Origin: a virus
Lineage: Duplodnaviria > Caudoviricetes
DNA: 64,000 bases
Direction: 5' to 3' (one strand)
Virus record (IMG/VR): IMGVR_UViG_3300028591_000013
Span: 39,569 to 103,568 of that record
The position numbers and the translations under genes are program-made. How positions within the stretch are numbered: the first letter of the stretch is position 1; each line of letters begins with the position of its first letter. Below, one piece after another: positions 18,005 to 26,084 of the stretch. Below the pieces are notes generated by a model. It was not told where the DNA came from. It was given only the letters and a program-made list of their open reading frames with translations, and did no database searches.

Positions 18005-18076
18005 TAGTCTATAGCAGAGTCGAACTGCTCTTTAGAGAATGAAAATCTCTCGTCCTAACCGATAGACGAATAGACC
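18005..18076 (-). tRNA. tRNA-Glu(UUC)
   Basis: Acceptor GGTCTAT/ATAGACT, anticodon arm AGAGA-TTTTCAT-TCTCT, T arm AGCAG-TTCGACT-CTGCT. Confidence 0.9.
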
Positions 18077-18338
18077 GTGTGTACTGTTTTCACCGACTTG
18101 ACGAGGTCAGACGATACTACCGTGAAACGTCGGATCTTCAGGTACAGTACTAAACCTATGGGTTGTGGGGTGTTTCACAATACCCCACACTGGCAACACT
18201 TCTTTGTTTCTCAACAAATAATGCTCGACTGCATAGATACAGATGTACGTATGCTATGAGTCTGTGTTCTCTTTCTGGAAAACCAAAACCATTAAGAATG
18301 AACAATCGGTTTAACATTATAAAGTAATGCCATTATTG

Positions 18339-18411
18339 CTGGGGAAGGCGGGCTCAAACCGCCAACATCTAGATCCAGCGTCTAGCGTTCTATCAATTGA
18401 ACTATTCCCCA
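18339..18411 (-). tRNA. tRNA, probably Gln(CUG), with non-canonical G33
   Basis: Acceptor TGGGGAA/TTCCCCA (U1-A72, G73), anticodon arm CTAGA-CGCTGGA-TCTAG, T arm GGCGG-TTTGAGC-CCGCC. Confidence 0.7.
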
Positions 18412-18988
18412 TACATGCATTTCAGCATGTTTCTTTGGCCCCTCTTTTTTAAGTGGTTTGACTGGCCGCCTGAGATTACCACCGGTTGTACACTTCTACC
18501 TGTACCCATAGTGTCAGCTTCTTTTTAAGTCTCCTCTGACCACGACATATTCACTACTTACAACCGAGGTATACTTTCGTTCCGTCTCGTACTGTTGCTA
18601 AATGGAGTAGTAGGCCATTCGATTACTTTTGCAACACATTTCTTCTCTCTTCAGACTTCCACTGTCATTCTTGGTGGTGTTGCGGTTGGTGCTGTGCAAC
18701 ACTAGTATATTGCACACTTTCTAGATTTGCACCATGCTTGCAATCTGTCTACACATACAATCAACCTTAAGCTTGTTGTTGCTGCCAGTTACCAAGCAAT
18801 TTTGTCAAAAGACATTCCCTCTCATCATTCGTCGCTTCTTTACAGTCGTCTCTCTCAGACTGAGGTACCATGGAGATGCATGGTGTGACTTGCGGGCTTG
18901 AGGTTTCCGCTTTAGCTGATTTCTAAATGTCATATAAATGAGTCTCCGTGTTTCACAACAGAGAGACTCTAAACATTAGTAAATTCAT

Positions 18989-19246
18989 CTATGGCTTCAC
19001 AAATATAATATCATTGATTAAGCAATTTGGCTTATTGCTATTATCGCCATTTTTTGTTTTTACGTCAGGACATAACATTATATTGTCCTCGTACAGACAA
19101 CCAGTACATCCTGATGTACGCTTACGGGCTCTTACGATACACCCGTTACAGGACCAGAATTGTCCTGGTTTAATCTTTTTCATATTCTCATTTTTATATA
19201 AAACCTCATAATCAGTATAATTACAATGAGAAGTACACCCAGCCAA
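18989..19246 (-). CDS. Small Cys-rich protein (TAG stop; true start may be at MKKIKPG)
   Basis: CNGC, CTGC and further Cys residues. Confidence 0.6.
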   Translation of the reverse strand: MAGCTSHCNYTDYEVLYKNENMKKIKPGQFWSCNGCIVRARKRTSGCTGCLYEDNIMLCPDVKTKNGDNSNKPNCLINDIIFVKP

Positions 19247-19273
19247 AAGCCAGGCGGTAAAGGTTCTGAGTTC

Positions 19274-19486
19274 TTACTGATGCTGCTCATATTTCTTAAA
19301 ATACTTATTAACACCAATAATTTTCTCACATGTTGTTACACCATGAGACTTTTTGAACTCCTGTAGTGCTTTGTTATATGCACAATTTTTGATTTCACAT
19401 ACTGTACATGCACACTGATGTGGTTTTGTTGGGGTGACTATGTATTTCTCGTCACCTATAGTTACAACAGAGTTTATATTAATCAT
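19274..19486 (-). CDS. Small Cys-rich protein
   Basis: CACTVC...C...C. Confidence 0.6.
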   Translation of the reverse strand: MININSVVTIGDEKYIVTPTKPHQCACTVCEIKNCAYNKALQEFKKSHGVTTCEKIIGVNKYFKKYEQHQ

Positions 19487-19643
19487 TGTTCATATTTTTT
19501 TGTGACAAACCTTCTTTGTAACCATCATCGTATCCGACGTTATAACCTTTTGACCAACCATCACGCCTACCATCCCAATAACCCATTAGGAACATAGCTA
19601 CTAATAGGCATACTTCAAAAGCTACTTTTAATACTACAATCAT
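19479..19643 (-). CDS. Small membrane protein with GYxxG repeats
   Basis: Hand translation: MIVVLKVAFEVCLLVAMFLMGYWDGRRDGWSKGYNVGYDDGYKEG; overlaps both neighbours. Confidence 0.55.
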   Translation of the reverse strand: MIVVLKVAFEVCLLVAMFLMGYWDGRRDGWSKGYNVGYDDGYKEGLSQKNMNND

Positions 19644-19867
19644 CTTATTATTTTAAATATAGTTTTTTGTTTACCTCCCAATTTACCTATTACTTCAGAG
19701 ATCTTGTTGATGAATACTTCGGCAGCATTTTCCGTCAAGTTTTCTACAACAATCATACTAGCGCCACCATCTTTAGCAATTACTCTTACACGAGAATTGC
19801 CTTTATCATCCACACGCTTCTTTTTAGGAAGCGGTGGATGTATTTGATTCTGTGTGCAGCATCCCAT
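19640..19867 (-). CDS. Hypothetical protein
   Basis: 75-aa ORF in a tightly packed operon. Confidence 0.6.
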   Translation of the reverse strand: MGCCTQNQIHPPLPKKKRVDDKGNSRVRVIAKDGGASMIVVENLTENAAEVFINKISEVIGKLGGKQKTIFKIIR

Positions 19868-19868
19868 A

Positions 19869-20372
19869 TCATTTGTTGTTTTCTATGAAACACTTACACA
19901 TTTTTATGGCCAACTTCTTGGAGAAGTGACCATAAGGGAGTACAATGCTGTTATCACCAAGCTCGATTTCGGATAACAATGCCAGTGCCACGCAGTCTCC
20001 GTCTTCGAGTTCTTGAAGGACCTCTTTAACGAATTCTACGTCTTTATTTCTCTCCCTCTTTTCGTCTTGAACCTTCTCGTCTTCAATCTCCATCTTATTG
20101 ATGGCATCGAGGAATGTCTGTGTTGCCATCTCAAGATCATGAATGTCCTGGTGATCGAATACCATGTTGGTTCTTGATGTCAACAATACTGTTGTGTTAT
20201 CGCACTCAATAGACCACGTTAAATGGCAATCTTTTGCCAAAGCAACGATACGGTTACGCAACTTCTTGTCTGCGAATCTTTTAGTTTCGCTGTCTGTCAG
20301 TACAGTTACGATTGAACACTTAATGGCTTTTACACCATTTTCAACTTCTACCAAACTAAATTTCTGTTCCAT
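19869..20372 (-). CDS. Hypothetical protein
   Basis: 167-aa ORF. Confidence 0.7.
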   Translation of the reverse strand: MEQKFSLVEVENGVKAIKCSIVTVLTDSETKRFADKKLRNRIVALAKDCHLTWSIECDNTTVLLTSRTNMVFDHQDIHDLEMATQTFLDAINKMEIEDEKVQDEKRERNKDVEFVKEVLQELEDGDCVALALLSEIELGDNSIVLPYGHFSKKLAIKMCKCFIENNK

Positions 20373-20413
20373 AAATTTGATATTTATTTAGTTGTTTTAT
20401 ATTTTCCAGCAAC

Positions 20414-20645
20414 TTAACCTATGCTGGATTTAGGTTCTAGAGGTTTTGGGTAGCGGCACATTCCCATTTGTTCAGCACAATACCATAATCCCAATATACA
20501 AGGATGATGATTTTCTTTTCTACAGGTCTCACATGAGTAACCAAATTCTGATTTAGTTATGCGAAATTGCTTTAACTCCCTTTTGACTCGTAAAGTCACA
20601 ATTTGTCCAGCTTTCCATTTTGGAACTAAACACATCTTTGCCATA
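20414..20645 (-). CDS. Small Cys-rich protein (start at MAKMCLV; start coordinate approximate)
   Basis: CETC...C...C...C; directly follows the stop of the upstream gene. Confidence 0.55.
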
Positions 20646-21008
20646 TTAATTTCCTTTTTTCCAGTTAATGTCATATGCAATTGAATCAGCTTTTGTTTCC
20701 AATTCAAATGCACCATAGAAATCACCGTCAACCAATTGGTCTAGAGATACCCACTCATCGCACTCAACCAAAACATCCTCAACATAATTTGGATTATCCA
20801 CCCAAATCCGATGCAACAGTGCATTGTATGCATAGATTATGTTGTTTTTGTTTTCTAATTGAGTCTCGAGAGCGTTAGAGTTTATTTTCTCTAATTGAGA
20901 AAACTTAGCACACTGCCCTATTGCAATTGCAGTGAGGGCGACCAAGGTAATAGCTAGAGCTATTATAATAGCTTCTAGTCTTTTTGGAATTAAATACTTC
21001 TTTTTCAT
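20646..21008 (-). CDS. Hypothetical membrane protein
   Basis: N-terminal transmembrane helix. Confidence 0.65.
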   Translation of the reverse strand: MKKKYLIPKRLEAIIIALAITLVALTAIAIGQCAKFSQLEKINSNALETQLENKNNIIYAYNALLHRIWVDNPNYVEDVLVECDEWVSLDQLVDGDFYGAFELETKADSIAYDINWKKGN

Positions 21009-21708
21009 ATGTTTAAGTTTGAATTGATTTCTGTTAAAAACGGTGAGAGTGCTACCGCTGTAGCATAATCATCATGAGTTCTTTGAATATGAGTAAAATT
21101 GCGTACTGATATACTCTCTCACCGCTGTGATTGTTCCTGAAACAATCTATTCACCTAAAAACAACTAAATGTGGTTTCTACAAAAAGGGAGAGCATATCT
21201 GAAAGCCCAGATTATGCCCTCCACACGCGTGCTCGGTCTTATGTACAACTCAGACCGACTAGTTTGCATGTATCCCATGACTTCCATGCACTCACAGTGT
21301 TCCGACTCCTATTTTCAAATAGCGAGTAACTGTGTGTTTTGTGCATATTCCAATTGTTTTATGCACATCCCACAATATTTGGACTATCTACGTACGATAG
21401 TAATTGTGGGTTTTGGTGAACGCACGTGTAATTCACCTGTTTCAGCATCCAGATAATGATTTTTCACATTTCTTTTTCGACCATATTGTAGCTGAATACA
21501 TTTGTGGACGGATTTTCTTGGTCACCGTCTCACGATAATCCATCAGAGGCTGTCTCTCCCCACATAGCGTGACTTAAGGAATATGTGGTAAGTGTGATGG
21601 ATTAAAAATTTGAGCGTTTCAGTTTATCTTACGCACAACTTGAACAGTATCTCTTTTCAGGCCTATTTCAAGAGTTCCTTCTGTTCACGCCAGGCCGTTA
21701 AACATATT

Positions 21709-21763
21709 ACTGTTTCGTCTCAATTTTCAGGGACTCATCAGGAGCTTTGGTGGGCTCGACAGT
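21709..21763 (-). ncRNA. Type III hammerhead ribozyme
   Basis: ACUGUC^GAGC-CCACCAAA-GCUC-CUGAUGA-GUC-CCUGAAAAUUGA-GAC-GAAA-CAGU: complete catalytic core, three stems and a GUC cleavage triplet. Confidence 0.9.
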
Positions 21764-21783
21764 GTAGCAGTTTAGACACTTGC

Positions 21784-22008
21784 TTAGGTGTAGAAGATGT
21801 CTATTATACGATTTAACCTAATAAATATGTCTTTGTTTGACATTTTATTATTTGCTACTTCGTTTGATAGGCTTATCAATTGTCGTCTTATAGTATTTAT
21901 TCGTATTTTGTCATCTGTTTTATTATGATGTAACGACAACCAATGCATCAATAGCAATGTTGCACATGCTATTATTACCACTAATAAAATTGTTATTTGT
22001 GTAGTCAT
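21784..22008 (-). CDS. Small membrane protein
   Basis: N-terminal transmembrane helix; TATCAAAA upstream. Confidence 0.6.
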   Translation of the reverse strand: MTTQITILLVVIIACATLLLMHWLSLHHNKTDDKIRINTIRRQLISLSNEVANNKMSNKDIFIRLNRIIDIFYT

Positions 22009-22260
22009 AATTTTGATAATTAAAAGATTTGTGCTACTCCTTTACACCGAATAGCTCTGTGAATAGTACACTGGAATATTAACAATGTGAGTGTGGCCTG
22101 CCCATTTTGTAACTTCCTGAACATATTCTTGTCCTGCCACATTGATTGTTTGTTTCTTGTATGTCATATTGCTATGATATTATAATTGACAAACACCAAA
22201 TGCAGAACCAACCCACTATCATACCTAATGCAGTGGGGATAAATGAGAGAATTGATTTCA

Positions 22261-22437
22261 TCATATTTTGAAATTATGATCTTCCATTATTTTCTTGATG
22301 AAGCCATTAGCCCTTTCAGAGTCTTCGTCGCACGATAGTACGATATCACACATATTCACATACAGCTCTAGTTTCTGTTTGAATTGTTTTACATACTCAT
22401 GAGGTAGTATATCCTCACCTTTAATACCTTTTGCCAT
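22261..22437 (-). CDS. Small hypothetical protein (MAKGIKGED...)
   Basis: 58-aa hand-translated ORF with a GAAATCAATT leader. Confidence 0.55.
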   Translation of the reverse strand: MAKGIKGEDILPHEYVKQFKQKLELYVNMCDIVLSCDEDSERANGFIKKIMEDHNFKI

Positions 22438-22553
22438 ATTTTGTTTGTTTAAGAATTGATTTCAAGGAAAAGGCCCGCTTTCGAATTGCGGGAGTGCGGG
22501 CCAAGGTGCTTAGGCATCACCACCCAACTCTTTAACGCGGTTGGGTTTACGTT

Positions 22554-22748
22554 TTAGTAATTACAGTCACCTGATACTTCTAAAGCAAGACCTTCGTCTG
22601 TCAGGCATATTTCAGCAGATTTCTTGAAGTCGTGATTCCAATAATCTGGATACCATACTCCAACAGGAAGATCATCTGGAAGCGTTGCTAAAAAAGCTTT
22701 TAATTGTTTTACGCTTTTTACTGTTTTTGTTTTGATTTCTTTTGCCAT
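22554..22748 (-). CDS. Small hypothetical protein
   Basis: TVKSVKQLKAFLATLPDDLPV resembles a common small-phage-protein motif; GAAATCAATT leader. Confidence 0.6.
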   Translation of the reverse strand: MAKEIKTKTVKSVKQLKAFLATLPDDLPVGVWYPDYWNHDFKKSAEICLTDEGLALEVSGDCNY

Positions 22749-22815
22749 AAATATGTTGTTTAAAAATTGATTTCAATCAAACACAGTATACTGACATCCA
22801 GCGATACTGTGTAGT

Positions 22816-23010
22816 TTAGAGTCTTTCGATGCGTTGATAAGATGCGAGCATCATAGCTTGTCGTGGCGTGACAGCTATTTTTATTAGCCCGCATTTTGCG
22901 AACACATTCTTAACTCTACGGCCAGTTGTACCAGCCTTTTTGTCGTGCAATAAATGCACATGTTCTCCATCACTTGATGCGATGGAATTACGATTGAATC
23001 TTGGTCTCAT
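22816..23010 (-). CDS. Small hypothetical protein
   Basis: 64-aa ORF. Confidence 0.5.
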   Translation of the reverse strand: MRPRFNRNSIASSDGEHVHLLHDKKAGTTGRRVKNVFAKCGLIKIAVTPRQAMMLASYQRIERL

Positions 23011-23250
23011 ATATTATGTTGTTGGTGAATATTCAAACAAAAATGTCTGTCTTTCCAGACTGCCAGACTCTTATGCGCTCACATGCTCGTCACACATGTT
23101 TGCGGAACAGTTCCTTTAGCCGATTACCCACACGCCCTAACTGTCAACGGTGGAACGTAACTTTCGTCACGATTAAAACCTCTGGTTCTCTTTGGCATCG
23201 CCTCTCGTCCATAATGACGTTCATTTTGAGATCTCGGAGTGCGCACAGCT

Positions 23251-23294
23251 GTTTCAAACGTTTCAAACGTTTCAAACGTTTCAAACGTTTCAAA
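23251..23294. repeat. 9-bp tandem repeat (GTTTCAAAC) x about 5
   Basis: Seen directly; encodes FET repeats in ORF 23124-23357. Confidence 0.9.
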
Positions 23295-23433
23295 TTGTAC
23301 GGAGTTGCAGACTAACTGCCATGTTTTGGTCGCCCGTTGTTTTTGGTGAATATTCACTTAAATAATATTCTTGATTGATTTATTGTTTCATTTTGGCTAT
23401 TTTATGTGTTGTTTTACTCCGAGACAAAAGGTA

Positions 23434-23462
23434 AAAGGGCCGTGCTCTGTGGCACGACCCCG
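23434..23462 (-). terminator. Rho-independent terminator
   Basis: GGGTCGTGC-CACAGA-GCACGGCCC-TTTT immediately after ORF 23472-24089. Confidence 0.65.
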
Positions 23463-23471
23463 TGTTGCGGA

Positions 23472-24089
23472 TTAGACTGCTGGTGCTCCTCCTTGTTGTG
23501 AAACGCCATTTATTAATGGTGCTTCTGCTCCAATTGGCAGTGCTACACCCGTCTGAGAGCCTGAGTCGAACTGTGACGCAGGAGCATACAGGTTGTTCCA
23601 GATTCCGCTGGCCTGCTCTTGTGGGCTCCACCCGCGTGCATAACGCGATTCACCAGTCTCGTTGTCCACGACCTTCTTGGTCAACACCAGAATGGATGTG
23701 CGACGATAGAACTGGTTGTTCTTGGGATTCACAGCAGGACCTTCGCCAGTGTCGTTGAGGCGAACCATTTCGACGCCACCTGGGCTTGGAACTTCCTCAA
23801 ACTGAGAGTGAGTCATCACCAGCATTTCAGCAGGAATTGGCTTGGTAGCATCCTTGAGCTGGCTGGGTAACCAGGAATCGCGGCCGAACTGGTCTTTTCC
23901 GCCTGGCTGTGCTGGGAGAATATACTGCTCGAACTGTTTGACTACACGCTCATTGAACGTGGTCATCTGTCCTGGCTCTTCCCAGATGTCGTCAGGGTTA
24001 ACTACTGTAGCCTGAATGAACAGTGCACCTGCATTCTGCTTACCTTCCGCAACTTTGCGCAATTTAATGTCTTCAAGATTGTACTTCAT
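23472..24089 (-). CDS. Early hypothetical protein
   Basis: 205-aa ORF flanked by a repeated upstream motif and a terminator. Confidence 0.8.
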   Translation of the reverse strand: MKYNLEDIKLRKVAEGKQNAGALFIQATVVNPDDIWEEPGQMTTFNERVVKQFEQYILPAQPGGKDQFGRDSWLPSQLKDATKPIPAEMLVMTHSQFEEVPSPGGVEMVRLNDTGEGPAVNPKNNQFYRRTSILVLTKKVVDNETGESRYARGWSPQEQASGIWNNLYAPASQFDSGSQTGVALPIGAEAPLINGVSQQGGAPAV

Positions 24090-24225
24090 ACTTTAAAACG
24101 TTTTAAATGGAACAATGTTATGCAGCTTTCTTACTGCAATCGATAGTAAAAGGCTTATTCGATTTCCGCCTTATTTGAAATTCAAACAAAATGGGAACAG
24201 GATTTACCTGTCCCCAATCTTGTAG

Positions 24226-24654
24226 TCATAGTGCGATAAGTTCTTTCTCAACGAATACACTTCCAGAATCCCATGACAGTGGAAGCATAAACTCATTGAC
24301 GTACTTTTGTGCAATCGTAAGAGGGTCGTATCCCATATAGTATGTGCCATTCTTTGTTTTTGGACACATTAACACAAGGTTGCGAGTTGCCATTACGCCA
24401 CCAAACAAATCACGCTTGATATTACCTTTACCGTCGATAAACACGTAAGGTATGTCATCGTTAATTGTTATTGTAACGATATCTGCGTCAATTGTTACAG
24501 GAGCATGTTGGTTGTAGAAGGTGATTTTATACAAAAATCCTTCAATTCCGTCTGCCTTGTACTTGGCCTTAGAACGTAATCCACAACGTGGCACTACTTC
24601 CTCCACTGCTGACTGTAGTCTTGCTGTTACTGACTTTTTACTTGATATTTCCAT
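24226..24654 (-). CDS. Early hypothetical protein, possible paralog of 23472-24089
   Basis: Start at MEISSKK, just downstream of the repeat; shared C-terminal pattern Y..G[YW].P...A. Confidence 0.65.
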   Translation of the reverse strand: MEISSKKSVTARLQSAVEEVVPRCGLRSKAKYKADGIEGFLYKITFYNQHAPVTIDADIVTITINDDIPYVFIDGKGNIKRDLFGGVMATRNLVLMCPKTKNGTYYMGYDPLTIAQKYVNEFMLPLSWDSGSVFVEKELIAL

Positions 24655-24891
24655 AACTAAAATATTTAAGTTGTGCAATATTGCAATAAACAGGAGAAGG
24701 AATATTCGATAACACAACTTGTGTGAGTTACACCCCCTCCTGGTACTGGCCTACTGTAATCATCTTCGAGCGGTTCCCAGGCTTTACGCAATTACACTTA
24801 TGCTTCTTATATAGGGTGTACTCACACTGAAAGAGATATCACACAGTCTATGTACCTCGCGCCTTATTCGAATCAAACAACAAGAAGAGGC

Positions 24892-25086
24892 CTATTTGGC
24901 CTCAACTGTGTTCTCCTCGACGATGGCCACGTTGCGAACGTAGGTCACCTGCAGGTATCTGCACGATAGCGTTTTAACCATTCGCTCTACGAGCCTAGTT
25001 ACTTCTGCTAAGTCAGACTTGGGTTCAGTTGTGTGCCAAACGCCCTTTACCTTGACGGAGGCTTGCCATGTGATAATCTCTTTCAT
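24892..25086 (-). CDS. Small early protein (TAG stop)
   Basis: 64-aa ORF downstream of the repeat motif. Confidence 0.6.
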   Translation of the reverse strand: MKEIITWQASVKVKGVWHTTEPKSDLAEVTRLVERMVKTLSCRYLQVTYVRNVAIVEENTVEAK

Positions 25087-25553
25087 TGTTATAACATTTT
25101 AAGTTGTGCAATATTGCATTCGGTAGTAGAAGGCTTATTCGACATTGAAGGGGTGGGGGTGGTTTCCTTTTGTATCTGACCTGGGGGACTGAGTGGTGTG
25201 TGTTTCTCGTTTCCACACTCGCAAAATAAAAAATTTTAAAAATTTTAATCCCCGCAGGAGTGTAAAAAAGAACCCCAGGATCATCTTTCGATAACCCCAG
25301 GGTTCCCCATCATTTAGACCATTTATCCACACCTCTACATAAATAGCCTAAAATAAATGCCACCCACACTTGACAGAATATAAATATTCTTGCAAGCATG
25401 TTGTGGTCCAACAAGTCAAAAAACTCATTCATAATAAAAAAATTAATACAACAAAAAGACCCTAAGGTTGATTCTAAGGGTCTATGTCATGTTTGAGGTG
25501 TGTTATAATTTTAAGTAACTATATATCTATTGACTATATATTTAATTGATTCG

Positions 25554-25883
25554 TTATAAAGTATGTTTCATCCATACGTAATCAGCATCTTCACTATCGT
25601 AACAGAAATCACTATATCCGTGATTAGCATACCAATCGTGTACCCAGGATGATTTTATCACCTTCAGACATATTACAGTATAATTGTACTTCTTTGCTTC
25701 TTTATCAGCAAGTTCAAGTATTTTGTTACCAAGTCCACGACCTCTTGCTGATTGTTCTACCTTTATGTTTGATAGATACATAGTATTTTTATCATCATTA
25801 TAAGTATATAAAGCAAATCTACAACAACCATTCTTGTAATAGTAAACTATACCCCAATCTGTTGTTTCTTTCATGATGTTCAT
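25554..25883 (-). CDS. GNAT-family acetyltransferase
   Basis: YLSNIKVEQSARGRGLGNKIL (motif A) and WYANHGY. Confidence 0.85.
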   Translation of the reverse strand: MNIMKETTDWGIVYYYKNGCCRFALYTYNDDKNTMYLSNIKVEQSARGRGLGNKILELADKEAKKYNYTVICLKVIKSSWVHDWYANHGYSDFCYDSEDADYVWMKHTL

Positions 25884-26084
25884 ACCTTATCTATTCATCA
25901 TTTTTCTGTATTTCTTCTTTCGCGGCTTAATAAACGTTATTTGTTCTAAAAGACTGTTTCCTGTGTACGATTTAATAGGCCTTATCATGTATTCTATGGC
26001 CCTTTCTGTAACCTTATTCATCTTTCCACGGCTTAGTAAGTGCTAATACTATTCCCATTACTATAGCCAATCCTATTGCTATAC

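Larger units (their letters stand above)
24135..25142 (-). promoter_or_regulatory. Three related upstream motifs (candidate early promoters)
   Basis: 24135-24162 and 25115-25142 match at 25 of 28 positions; 24665-24685 is identical to 25098-25118; each precedes a start codon. Confidence 0.65.
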
